NCBI GenBank assembly: GCA_012511735.1
Contig: JAAZFK010000256.1
Span: 1-27,237 of the forward strand
Direction: 5' to 3'
Source: Clostridiaceae bacterium
Lineage (GTDB): Bacteria > Bacillota > Clostridia > Saccharofermentanales > DTU023
DNA length: 27,237 nt
The position numbers and the translations under genes are program-made. The notes beneath the pieces were generated by a model that was not told the DNA's origin, made no database searches, and saw only the letters and a list, made by a program, of their open reading frames with translations. The number at the start of each line of letters is the position of its first letter. The stretch's first letter is position 1. Shown here one piece after another: positions 1-8,304 of the stretch.

Positions 1-527
1 TCATCCAGAACGGATTCAAAGCGGATTTCTTTCTCCTTGAACCATTTGACGATCTCCTTGGCGCCGTGGCGACCGTTGACCTCCTCATCGAAGCCCAGGG
101 CCAGCCAAAGATCCCGGGGCGGCTGGTAGTCCTCTTCCAGAAGGGCTTCAAAAGTTTCCAGCAGACCAATGACCGAGCTCTTGTCGTCCATGGAGCCCCG
201 GCCCCAGACCTTGCCATCCGCGATCACGCCGGAAAAGGGGCCCTCATGGGTCCAGCCCTCTTCCAGGGCGGGCACTACATCATAGTGAGCCAAAAAGAGT
301 AGGGGTGGCCGTTCGCTGTCCTTGCCCGGCCAGCGAAATACGGGACTGTAGCCGTTGATCAGGGTACGCTCCAGCCTCTGGTGCACCAGAGGATAGGAAG
401 ACTCCAAAAAGGTCAAAAAAGAAGCGAAGACCTCAAGGTCCATCTCTTCCATGCTGAAATGCGATACAGTCGGGAAACGGACGGCTTCCGCCAAGCGTCC
501 CGCAGCTTGTTCAATTCTTTTTTCCAT
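1..527 (-). CDS. M20/M25/M40 family metallopeptidase (Gly-Xaa carboxypeptidase-like), 5' part; runs off the window edge
   Basis: Manual translation from ATG at 527 (GGAG upstream): MEKRIEQAAGRLAEAVRFPTVS...LFLAHYDVVPA...VWGRGSMDDKSS...LGFDEEVNG...FESVLDE. The HxDVV, GRGxxDDK and DEE motifs are the M20 metal-binding/catalytic signature. Absent from the ORF track because the stop lies outside the window. Confidence 0.87.
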   Translation of the reverse strand, partial: MEKRIEQAAGRLAEAVRFPTVSHFSMEEMDLEVFASFLTFLESSYPLVHQRLERTLINGYSPVFRWPGKDSERPPLLFLAHYDVVPALEEGWTHEGPFSGVIADGKVWGRGSMDDKSSVIGLLETFEALLEEDYQPPRDLWLALGFDEEVNGRHGAKEIVKWFKEKEIRFESVLD

Positions 528-600
528 CGGATGACTCCATCTATTTAACACTTATCTGGAAACCTTGGACCATCATCTCCCAAACCGCCGTAACCGCCCC

Positions 601-867
601 TTACGGGCGGCCTGCCGCGCGTTTGAACAAGAGAAGAAGCCAGAAAACGATGATACCGGCAAGAAGGACGATGCCTGTCAGCAGTAGAAAGAGCTGGAGT
701 TTGTCGCCCGCGATCAGGGCAGCCAGCAGGGTCACCACGACGATCGTCAGGAGCCCGATCGTAAGTTTGCCAAAAACCGAGGACAGGAAGCGCTTGCCCA
801 GCCTTAACTCCGGTGGTGTAAAACCGGATTTCTGGCGCTTTCCCCCGCTTTTCTTTTTCCCTGCCAC
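601..867 (-). CDS. Hypothetical small membrane protein (88 aa, basic N-terminus, two predicted TM helices)
   Basis: GTG start with strong AGGAGG SD; MAGKKKSGGKRQK followed by two hydrophobic stretches (LTIGLLTIVVVTLLAALIA; LFLLLTGIVLLAGIIVFWLLLLF). No family recognised. Confidence 0.6.
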   Translation of the reverse strand: MAGKKKSGGKRQKSGFTPPELRLGKRFLSSVFGKLTIGLLTIVVVTLLAALIAGDKLQLFLLLTGIVLLAGIIVFWLLLLFKRAAGRP

Positions 868-890
868 GACCGACTCCTCCTGTCTGTCTC

Positions 891-900
891 ATGATACTAT
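891..900. promoter_or_regulatory. Putative bidirectional promoter core (rqcH / small membrane protein)
   Basis: Plus strand TGaTACTAT (extended -10, 892-900); minus strand TATCAT (896-891). The hexamers share the TA at 895-896. Motif match only. Confidence 0.45.
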
Positions 901-936
901 GACTTTGACTTTGGTTAAAGAATGGAAGGAGTCAGG

Positions 937-2760
937 ATGGACGGGATCACCGCGCATGCCATGGCAATCGAACTGAATCAATGCCTGGCGGGCGCCCAGG
1001 TTGAACGCGTCTCCATGAGCAGGCGGACGGATCTGCACCTGACTGTGTTCACAAGTGAACGGTCCCGGCTCAACCTGACATTCAAGGCGGACCGCGCGCG
1101 CCCCTCCCTGATTCTCTCCAACCGGGCGATTCCCGGCGGACTGAATCCACACCCCGCCTTCGTCATGCTCTTGCGCAAGCATCTGCGGCGGGCCAGGATT
1201 CTCAGCGTCACGACACCGCCATGGGAACGCGTCTTCCACATTGAATTTGAGGCCATCGACGACCTGGGTGACCCCATGGAGCGGACCCTGGTCTTCGAGT
1301 GCATGCCCCGCACCGCCAATATCATCCTGCTGAACAAGGATCAGGTGATCCTGGGAGCCCTGCGCCATATCGACCATCGCGTCAACCGTGTCAGGGAGAT
1401 CCTGCCCGCTCATCCCTACCTGCCCCCGCCCCCCCAGAACCGGCCGGACCCGATTGCCTGCACGGCCCTGCCAACGGATCAACTCCTGGGAGAGCTGGAA
1501 GGGGGGATGGTGAACGGACGAACCCTCTCACAACGGGTGGCGGGCTTTTCTCCCCTCCTGGGTGAGGAAGTCCTGGCCCGGGCCGGCAGCAAGCCCTCCC
1601 GGGAACAAGTGGCGGAGACACTTCGCACCCTCTGCCGCGACATCGCCGCCAACCGTTTCTCCCCTGCGCTTTACCTGGACGGGCCCGACGGTGCCCCCCT
1701 GGCCGCACACGCGATCAGGTTGACCCATCTGCCCTGTCGCCAGTCCCGGCCCACCACATACCAGGCCGTCGCTGAATTCATCCAGGCCGCGGACGAGACT
1801 GACCGCCTCAAGCAAAGGCGCCAGGCCTTGACACGCAAGATCCAGGCACATCAGAAACGTACGGAGAGAAAAAGGCAAGTCCATGAAGAAGACATGGTGG
1901 TGGGAAGTCAGGCCCTGGAAGACCGGCGCATGGGCGAACTGATTCTGGCCTGGATCCATACCATCCCCAAAGGGTCGGAAGGCGTTCTCCTGGATGACTA
2001 TCACCAGCCGGGCAAACAGCTGTATTGTCCGCTCAACCCGAAGCTTTCAGCAGCGGATAACGCCAATCTCTACTTCAACCGGGCCAAGCGCAAGCAACGC
2101 AAGCTGGAGTCAGCCACCCGGCTCCTGGAGAACGATCTTGACGAACTGATCTGGCTGGAATCGCTTCTGGCGGCAACGGGTTATGCTGAATCGGAAGAGG
2201 ACCTGGCGGCGGTCGAGCATGAATACCTGTCCCGCGAAGCCCGGGCCAGGCGTCTCCCCTCCGAAGCGCCTTCCCGGGATTCCCTGCCGGGAAGACCGGC
2301 TTCAAAAAAAAGACGGCAACAGTCAGCCGCCCGCCCGGCCGCCAAGGGCAAACAAAAGACAGTGGGTTCAGAACCACCCCTGGCACCCCGGCGCTTCCGG
2401 TCCTCGGACGGCTTTCTCATCTCCAGCGGCAGAAATAACCTGCAAAATGACCGGCTTCTTCGCAAGGCGGGTCGGGATGATCTCTGGTTTCACGCCAAGA
2501 ACTTGCCTGGCTCCCACATCATCCTGTCAACCAATGGACGGGAACCCAGCTCCCAAGCCATTCGTGAGGCGGCGGTCATCGCGGCCTGGTATTCGGGAGC
2601 GGGCCGGGCGGGCAGCCCTGTGGAGATTGACTATTGTCCGGTCCGTCAGGTCAAAAAAATACCGGCCTCCAGGCCGGGACACGTGACCTACCGGGGTCAT
2701 CAGACCCTCTATGTAAAACCCGAAGATCCTTCGGGAATGCGGGTGGAAACTAAGGATTAA
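937..2760 (+). CDS. rqcH: Ribosome quality control protein RqcH (NFACT family, FbpA/PavA-like)
   Basis: MDGITAHAMAIEL N-terminus, HPAFVMLLRKHL, ECMPRTANIILL, REILPAHPY, coiled coil, NANLYFNRAKR, C-terminal NFACT-R (GRNNLQNDRL...LWFHAKNLPGSHIIL...AAVIAAWYS...IDYCPVRQVKKIP). Start moved to ATG 937 behind GGAG. Confidence 0.92.
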   Translation: MDGITAHAMAIELNQCLAGAQVERVSMSRRTDLHLTVFTSERSRLNLTFKADRARPSLILSNRAIPGGLNPHPAFVMLLRKHLRRARILSVTTPPWERVFHIEFEAIDDLGDPMERTLVFECMPRTANIILLNKDQVILGALRHIDHRVNRVREILPAHPYLPPPPQNRPDPIACTALPTDQLLGELEGGMVNGRTLSQRVAGFSPLLGEEVLARAGSKPSREQVAETLRTLCRDIAANRFSPALYLDGPDGAPLAAHAIRLTHLPCRQSRPTTYQAVAEFIQAADETDRLKQRRQALTRKIQAHQKRTERKRQVHEEDMVVGSQALEDRRMGELILAWIHTIPKGSEGVLLDDYHQPGKQLYCPLNPKLSAADNANLYFNRAKRKQRKLESATRLLENDLDELIWLESLLAATGYAESEEDLAAVEHEYLSREARARRLPSEAPSRDSLPGRPASKKRRQQSAARPAAKGKQKTVGSEPPLAPRRFRSSDGFLISSGRNNLQNDRLLRKAGRDDLWFHAKNLPGSHIILSTNGREPSSQAIREAAVIAAWYSGAGRAGSPVEIDYCPVRQVKKIPASRPGHVTYRGHQTLYVKPEDPSGMRVETKD

Positions 2761-3367
2761 AGGGGCCTGATCTGAGACTGTCGCGCAAAGCCAGACGCTT
2801 GTGTTCCTCTTTGATGGCATCAGCGAAACGGGATTCCTCCAAGGAGACAAGACAGCCGCAATATTTCTGCCGGTAAAGCCCCAGGTCACGGGCCATGCCC
2901 TGTCCCTTGCGATAGCCATCCCGCCAGTCGTAGGGAATAAAGGAGACGGCCTTGCTCTGAACCGCTCTTTCACCTGCTTCCAAAATCATCTGGCGGTCCT
3001 GGTAAGGACTGACCAGCAGGGTGGTGCTGATGGCGTCAAAGCCGCCCTCTTCCGCCTCCTGGGCGACACAGGTCAGCCTCATCTGATAGCAATAGCGGCA
3101 GCGGTTGGCGCCTTCGTCGGCTCTTCTCAGCCATTCCTCAGCCAGGGAACAGCCTCTGGCGATGAGGGGCAGCCGGTAATGGTCGGCGACCTTGACCGCG
3201 TTTTCGTGACGGCGTTCCCATTCGACCCCGGGCTGGATGTTGGGGTTGTAAAAAAGAAGCGTGACATCAACCCCCTCTTCCAGGAGGCGTTCCAGCGGCC
3301 ACATGGCGCAGGGGCCGCAGCAGATGTGCAAGAGCAACTTCTTAAACGCGGGCAGGTCAGTCATCAT
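2750..3367 (-). CDS. queH: Epoxyqueuosine reductase QueH (DUF208)
   Basis: [47 protein letters not shown] cysteine pattern. Start at 3367 or 3364, overlapping the ruvB stop. Confidence 0.88.
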   Translation of the reverse strand: MMTDLPAFKKLLLHICCGPCAMWPLERLLEEGVDVTLLFYNPNIQPGVEWERRHENAVKVADHYRLPLIARGCSLAEEWLRRADEGANRCRYCYQMRLTCVAQEAEEGGFDAISTTLLVSPYQDRQMILEAGERAVQSKAVSFIPYDWRDGYRKGQGMARDLGLYRQKYCGCLVSLEESRFADAIKEEHKRLALRDSLRSGPFNP

Positions 3368-4475
3368 CTTCCCCTGATTCGATAATTTCCTGAAGTGAAA
3401 TTTGGCCGGCATCGGCTATCGGACGGCTTCTTCTGTCAACAAAGGGCAGACCGAGGTGATCGAAGCCGCCCCTGGTCAGAACTCTCCCCCGGGGCGTCTT
3501 GGCGATGAAGCCTATCTGCATCAGGTAGGGCTCGTAAATATCCTCGATGGTGACGGGATCCTCGCCTGTTGAGGCGGCCAGGGTATCCAAACCCACGGGC
3601 CCGCCATCGTACATCTCGGCCATGACCCGCATGATCAGGCGGTCATTGCCGTCCAGGCCGATGGCGTCGATCTCCAGGGCAGACAGGCCCATCTCACAGA
3701 TCTGGCGGTTGATCACATTGTCGCCCCTGACCTGCGCGTAGTCCCTCATGCGTCGAAGCAGACGGATGGCGACACGCGGTGTCCCTCGGCAGCGGCAGGA
3801 CAGTTCTTTCAGGCCGTCCTCGTCGATGCCCACGCCCAGCAGCGAGGCATAGCGGGTCAGGATCTGGGAAATCTCATCAGGCGCGTAAAGATCCAACCGC
3901 TGAATCATGCCGAAACGGTCCCGCAGCGGCGAAGTCAGAAGGCCTGCCCTGGTGGTGGCTCCGATCAGGGTGAAACGGGGGAGGTCGAGCCTGATCGATC
4001 GGGCGGAGGGCCCTTTGCCGATCAGGATATCCAGGGCGTAATCTTCCATGGCGGGATAGAGCACTTCCTCCACGGTCCGGTTAAGCCGGTGGATCTCGTC
4101 AATAAAGAGAACGTCGTGTTCCTGCAGGTTGGTCAGAATGGCCGCCAGATCCCCCTGACGCTCAATCGCGGGCCCCGAGGTAATCCGCATCTCCACACCC
4201 AGTTCATGGGCGATGATCCCCGCCAGGGTCGTCTTGCCCAGGCCGGGAGGTCCGTAGAGGAGTATATGGTCGAGCGCTTCCCTGCGGGCCTTGGCGGCTT
4301 CAATGGCAATGCCCAGGTTGGCCTTGACTTTCTCCTGGCCGAAATATTCCCCCCAGCGGCGTGGCCTCAGCTGCGGTTCATCCGTCTCGCCGCTCAAGGC
4401 TTTCCTGGACAGGACGCGTTCTTCGTCAAAACGGTCATCGTATTCTTCATTCATGGTGCTCTGGAATTCAAACAT
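3357..4475 (-). CDS. ruvB: Holliday junction branch migration helicase RuvB
   Basis: [12 protein letters not shown], Walker [53 protein letters not shown]...TPRGR. Alternative start at 4454. Confidence 0.97.
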   Translation of the reverse strand: MFEFQSTMNEEYDDRFDEERVLSRKALSGETDEPQLRPRRWGEYFGQEKVKANLGIAIEAAKARREALDHILLYGPPGLGKTTLAGIIAHELGVEMRITSGPAIERQGDLAAILTNLQEHDVLFIDEIHRLNRTVEEVLYPAMEDYALDILIGKGPSARSIRLDLPRFTLIGATTRAGLLTSPLRDRFGMIQRLDLYAPDEISQILTRYASLLGVGIDEDGLKELSCRCRGTPRVAIRLLRRMRDYAQVRGDNVINRQICEMGLSALEIDAIGLDGNDRLIMRVMAEMYDGGPVGLDTLAASTGEDPVTIEDIYEPYLMQIGFIAKTPRGRVLTRGGFDHLGLPFVDRRSRPIADAGQISLQEIIESGEDDD

Positions 4476-4525
4476 GCCTTCAACCTGCCTTCGAACTCAG
4501 AATAACAAATAAGGGAAGCACGGCG

Positions 4526-5140
4526 CTAGACAATGGCCATCCGGGACAAGGCGCGGCGGAGGAGATCCTCCAGGCAGTCCTCTTCCCTGCTGCCGGCCAG
4601 CTTCACCGCTTCCAGGGCTTCCGCATTGCTGTAACCCAGGACCATCAGGGCCGCGACGGCTTCGCCCGCCATCCCGGCCGCCGGAGTCACAGAAAGACTT
4701 CCGACAAGCTCGGTTGCCTGAGGGATCTGGATGCCGGACTTTTTCAGTTTGTCGGTCAATTCCAGGATCATGCGGGCTGCGCCCTTTTTCCCGATGCCCC
4801 TGACCTGGGTCAGACGGTCGACATCACTCTGTAAGATGGCCAGCGCAAAGGCGTCCGGGCTCAAGGTGCCCACCACCTGCAAAGCCAGTTTGGGTCCCAC
4901 CCCACTGACTGACTGGACCAGGATGAAGAGCTTCTTTTGCTCTTCATTGGAGAAACCGTAAAGCGCCATCTCATTTTCCCGGACATGCAGGTGGGTATGA
5001 ATCGTCACTTCCTGTCCGGCAGGAGGCAGGCAGGCGATCAGACCGGGTGGCATCTCGATCTGAAATCCGATCCCTCCCTGCTCCAGGACGATGAAATCCT
5101 CTGCTTTTCTGCTGATCCGGCCTGCGATACTGGCAATCAT
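4526..5140 (-). CDS. ruvA: Holliday junction branch migration protein RuvA
   Basis: MIASIAG, HLHVRENEMALYGF, HhH motifs VSGVGPKLA and VRGIGKKGAARMILEL, C-terminal EAVAALMVLGY; AGGAG SD before ATG 5140. Confidence 0.95.
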   Translation of the reverse strand: MIASIAGRISRKAEDFIVLEQGGIGFQIEMPPGLIACLPPAGQEVTIHTHLHVRENEMALYGFSNEEQKKLFILVQSVSGVGPKLALQVVGTLSPDAFALAILQSDVDRLTQVRGIGKKGAARMILELTDKLKKSGIQIPQATELVGSLSVTPAAGMAGEAVAALMVLGYSNAEALEAVKLAGSREEDCLEDLLRRALSRMAIV

Positions 5141-5150
5141 GATGTCTCCT

Positions 5151-5654
5151 TTACTGGTAGCCGCCAACGGCCAGGCGGCTGTTACGATCGCCCGAATGCG
5201 CGTGGCAGATAGCCACCGCCAGCGCGTCCGCCGCGTCGTCCGGTCTGGGTATCTTCTTCAGGTTAAGCAGAACCCGGACCATCTCCTGAATCTGTTTCTT
5301 CTCGGCCTTGCCGTAGCCTGTGACGGCCAGCTTGACCTGCATGGGTGTGTATTCGTAGACGGGAACACCCGAGCGGGCGGCGGCGACAACCGCGACACCA
5401 CGCGCCTGGGCCGTACCGATGGCAGTGGTGGTGTTGCGGCTGAAAAACAACTCTTCCACGACAAAGCAATCAGCCCGATGACGGCTGTTCAATTCAGCCA
5501 GGGCCTGGTCAATGGCCAGCAGACGTTCGGGGAAGGGGGTGGTGGCATCTGTCTTGATGATGCCGTAATCGAGCACCTGGAGCCGTTTGTTCTCATACCG
5601 GATCACACCGAAGCCTGTGATGGCATAACCGGGATCAATCCCCAGTATGATCAC
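5151..5654 (-). CDS. ruvC: Crossover junction endodeoxyribonuclease RuvC
   Basis: IILGIDPGYAITGFGVI, VEELFF, QARGV, YTPMQVKLAVTGYGKAEKKQIQEMV, DDAADALAVAICH. Confidence 0.96.
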   Translation of the reverse strand: MIILGIDPGYAITGFGVIRYENKRLQVLDYGIIKTDATTPFPERLLAIDQALAELNSRHRADCFVVEELFFSRNTTTAIGTAQARGVAVVAAARSGVPVYEYTPMQVKLAVTGYGKAEKKQIQEMVRVLLNLKKIPRPDDAADALAVAICHAHSGDRNSRLAVGGYQ

Positions 5655-5710
5655 CTCAACACCTCCCTTGTTTCTCGCAATCGATAACGGAGCTCCCGCA
5701 GGAAAAAAGA

Positions 5711-6703
5711 CTAGCTCTCCATAAATTCATGCAAGGCCTTGACATTCTTGACCCAGTCGATGTCGTACATTTCCATCCCGCGGATGTACTTCATGGCCTC
5801 GTAAGTTTCCAGAGGCAGCATCAGCTGATCGAATGAGTAATCTTTGTAAGCGCCAAAGCCCATGATCAGGCCCATCATTTCACTGTCCGTCAGGTTGGTC
5901 TTGACCTGGGGCATCAGGGCCTCGACCGTCTCGGTCAATTTGCCCGGGTTGCTGCCCTTCATTTTGGTAAACAAAGCCATGATGACCTTGCGCTGCCGCT
6001 CCATGCGCTTGAAGTCAGAATCAATTTTACGGATCCTGGAATAGGCGAGCGCGCTCTTGCCGTTCAGCGTTTGAGCGCCGGCCTTGAAGGGACCCAGCCC
6101 CTGACCGTTGAGGTGCTTGGCCTCCGCCGATGTCAGTTCAATGGTCACTCCGCCCACTGTGTTGATGGCCTTTTCAAAACCTGAGAAGTCAGTCGCGATA
6201 TAACGAGAGACGTCCACGCGGAAGTTGCGCTGGACGGTCTTCATAAGCAGCCTGGGGCCTCCCCAGGTATGGGCGGCGTTCAGCATGTAGTTGGATGAGA
6301 AATTTTTCTTATAGGCGGGATCGGGATCGTCCGGAATACTGACATAGATGGCCCGCATCAGGGAGGTCAGGTGAAAAGACTTGGTCTTCTTGTTAATGGT
6401 CAGTAGCATCATGGCGTCTGAGCGGCCATGGGTGTTGGAGTCCCGGGTATCGGATCCGATGATCAGGATGTTGACAAGCTCTTTATCCTGCAAAACCGGA
6501 ATCTTCATCCCCTCTTTCATGTTGGAAGGGGCGTCGAGACCCGAGAGATCTGTCTCGATCTCAATGTCGTCAATCCGGTCATAATCCCTCAGACCGATAA
6601 CAAAGTAAAGGTAACCGAAGACAAAGGCGGCCGTCGCAAGAATCAGGCCCGTCAGCAGGCCGGCAACGGATACCAGTAATTTTTTTCTTTTTTGGTTTTC
6701 CAT
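5711..6703 (-). CDS. LCP (LytR-CpsA-Psr) family cell-wall glycopolymer transferase
   Basis: N-terminal basic patch plus TM anchor; NILIIGSD, GRSDAMML, NAAHTWGG, LAYSRIRKIDSDFKRMERQR. Start placed at ATG 6703 (MENQKRKK). Confidence 0.9.
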   Translation of the reverse strand: MENQKRKKLLVSVAGLLTGLILATAAFVFGYLYFVIGLRDYDRIDDIEIETDLSGLDAPSNMKEGMKIPVLQDKELVNILIIGSDTRDSNTHGRSDAMMLLTINKKTKSFHLTSLMRAIYVSIPDDPDPAYKKNFSSNYMLNAAHTWGGPRLLMKTVQRNFRVDVSRYIATDFSGFEKAINTVGGVTIELTSAEAKHLNGQGLGPFKAGAQTLNGKSALAYSRIRKIDSDFKRMERQRKVIMALFTKMKGSNPGKLTETVEALMPQVKTNLTDSEMMGLIMGFGAYKDYSFDQLMLPLETYEAMKYIRGMEMYDIDWVKNVKALHEFMES

Positions 6704-6709
6704 AGGCTG

Positions 6710-6715
6710 ATTATA
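6710..6715 (-). promoter_or_regulatory. Consensus -10 box (TATAAT) 6 nt upstream of the LCP start codon; possible leaderless promoter
   Basis: Minus strand reads TATAAT-cagcct-ATG with no SD; no good -35 seen. Confidence 0.5.
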
Positions 6716-6728
6716 GCTCATAAACCTG

Positions 6729-6754
6729 AAAAAACGGCAGGTTCGCTGCCGTTT
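6729..6754 (-). terminator. Intrinsic terminator of rpsT
   Basis: 9-bp stem AAACGGCAG/CTGCCGTTT with 5-nt loop and a 6-T run on the minus strand, about 25 nt after the rpsT stop. Confidence 0.75.
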
Positions 6755-6778
6755 CAAAATAAAGCCGGAACGGACTTT

Positions 6779-7039
6779 TTACTGGTCGAGCGGCTGCACG
6801 CGGGCGATGCGCGACTTCCTTCTGGCGGCCGTATTTTTGGCAATCAGACCGTCCGAGACAGCCCGATCCATCTTGGCCTGGACGAGGCGGGCCAGTTCAT
6901 CGGCTTCCGGCAGTCCCTGCTCTTTGGCGGCGATGGCCTTCCTCACCAGCGTACGCAGCTCACTTCTTCTGCTCTTATTGGCGGCAGCCTTGGCTTGTGA
7001 GGACCGCACACGTTTGATTGATGATTTAATGTTAGGCAC
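6779..7039 (-). CDS. rpsT: 30S ribosomal protein S20
   Basis: GTG start with AGGAGG SD; PNIKSSIKRVRSS...NKSRRSELRT...KNTAARRKSR. Confidence 0.95.
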   Translation of the reverse strand: MPNIKSSIKRVRSSQAKAAANKSRRSELRTLVRKAIAAKEQGLPEADELARLVQAKMDRAVSDGLIAKNTAARRKSRIARVQPLDQ

Positions 7040-7083
7040 GCTTGTTTCCTCCTGCGCTCTAATCGATTGAATGAACACCGCGT

Positions 7084-7113
7084 ATTCTACCACGGGCGCC
7101 CTTGAAGGCGCAA
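7084..7113 (-). promoter_or_regulatory. sigmaA-type promoter of rpsT
   Basis: TTGCGC-N18-TAGAAT with TGn extension (TGG-TAGAAT). Confidence 0.65.
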
Positions 7114-7114
7114 G

Positions 7115-8143
7115 TCATGGAACCGGGAAGTCCATGGATAGATTCTCCGCCTCACCAAAGGAGATAGGCGAGGAAGCTTTGGCTTTTATATAGGCACTTT
7201 CCCCATGCGATCGGTTGATCAGTTCATTTGTTGGCATCGATCTCAACCTGGCGATCACCCGATCCATAATCTCCATTTCCGAAGACTGAAGAATGGCCGG
7301 CTTAAAACCGGGCGCCGCCCTAAAAGAATATCTCATCTTTCCATTGTTGGAATCTTGATTGCAATGGACACCTTCCAATTCAATCAGACAATCATGTTTC
7401 TCGGGTACCGGCCCCATAGGGAGGGCACTATAGACCAAACCGCTGATCGACTTCCCATGGGTCTTATAATGGAGCATATCCGAATACCAGAGCAGCTTCA
7501 TCAGTTTGACTTTATGAAGGTAGCGAATCCTGCTGGCGGAATAATTGATCATCTCGACCACTTTTTCCGTATCCAATTCGACGCAGCCTTTTATTTCCTG
7601 ATCTTGAAATCTGGCGTAATAAGCTTCAATTGAAGCGGTCAAATATTGATTCCCCATCTTTGAATAAACTTTCCGCGCCTTTTCAAGGTATTTGAGATAC
7701 GTTTTCTCTTCCAGCTTATGTTTTTCTTTCTCCAAAATCTCGATAAACCATTTGGGATCTTTGGCAAGCTTTCTCAGGATCGCATCATGGGCAGAATCCT
7801 GAACCTGATGGTTTTCGTATCGCGTAATGGTCGTCCGCCCCCAGTTGAGCAGCTCAGAAAAACCTTTCTGGCTGATACCGTACTGCTTCCTTATACTGAT
7901 AATCTCGTCCGAAGTCAGAAGACCCACCTTTTTCCGGTAGGCATCCTTCATGGCCAGGTTGTTCGTTCTGATCATCTCTTCTGTCTCGATGAATCCGTCG
8001 ACATTGGAACAATATTCAAAAACTGAAGGAAAGCTCACCTCTTCCCCCTTGAACCATTCAGATTCTTCCTGCCGTACAATCTTGACATCATGAACCTGCA
8101 TGCAGTTGTGGCAGAGTTTTTTCTCCGACTTCAAGATTTCCAT
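7115..8143 (-). CDS. MqsA-family antitoxin-like protein: Zn-finger + XRE HTH + C-terminal Panacea (DUF4065/SocA) domain
   Basis: N-terminal CHNC...H...YC; GLLTSDEIISIRKQYGISQKGFSELLNWGRTTITRYENHQVQD (MqsA-type HTH); KVKLMKLLWYSD...GKSISGLVYSALPMGPVP (DUF4065 signature). Two 60-nt lines counted at 32% (7681-7740) and 40% GC (7561-7620), versus 62% (rqcH 1141-1200) and 47% (rnj 9061-9120). Confidence 0.85.
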   Translation of the reverse strand: MEILKSEKKLCHNCMQVHDVKIVRQEESEWFKGEEVSFPSVFEYCSNVDGFIETEEMIRTNNLAMKDAYRKKVGLLTSDEIISIRKQYGISQKGFSELLNWGRTTITRYENHQVQDSAHDAILRKLAKDPKWFIEILEKEKHKLEEKTYLKYLEKARKVYSKMGNQYLTASIEAYYARFQDQEIKGCVELDTEKVVEMINYSASRIRYLHKVKLMKLLWYSDMLHYKTHGKSISGLVYSALPMGPVPEKHDCLIELEGVHCNQDSNNGKMRYSFRAAPGFKPAILQSSEMEIMDRVIARLRSMPTNELINRSHGESAYIKAKASSPISFGEAENLSMDFPVP

Positions 8144-8197
8144 TCGATTCGCCTGCTTTCACTCCTGTCCACAATTTTACGTCTCACGGGTCGACCA

Positions 8198-8237
8198 GAC
8201 AAGGATAATGGTATCAAATGATACCATTATCCTTGTC
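8198..8237. repeat. Perfect 18-bp inverted repeat with 4-nt spacer
   Basis: GACAAGGATAATGGTATC-aaat-GATACCATTATCCTTGTC, read directly. Confidence 0.95.
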
Positions 8238-8304
8238 CATCTGTCGGCGGGCGCTTCCTGTAAGACTGAGTTTTCAGCGGGTGTTTATGAATCAAGCCGT
8301 TTTC

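Noticed and set aside
545-892. 115-aa minus-strand ORF overlapping the 88-aa ORF
   Set aside because: No SD and no recognisable composition; the 601-867 frame has a strong SD and clear TM pattern.
901-912. GACTTT tandem repeat in the rqcH leader
   Set aside because: Only two 6-nt copies; compatible with chance.
2304-2311. A8 homopolymer in rqcH as a phase-variation or frameshift site
   Set aside because: In frame, encodes Ser-Lys-Lys-Arg in a basic linker, and the ORF is intact; too short to support the claim.
5655-5710. LexA/DinR SOS box upstream of ruvC-ruvA-ruvB
   Set aside because: No GAAC-N4-GTTC motif found here or before recJ.
8198-8237. Inverted repeat as an Xer dif site, integron attC or IS end
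   Set aside because: Spacer and arm sequences do not fit dif (11-6-11) or attC (RYYYAAC...GTTRRRY); no transposase or target duplication seen.
8144-8304. Possible small toxin ORF upstream of the antitoxin
   Set aside because: Minus-strand frames give only short peptides (longest about 25 codons without a start, plus the 8-codon uORF); no RelE/MqsR-like sequence.
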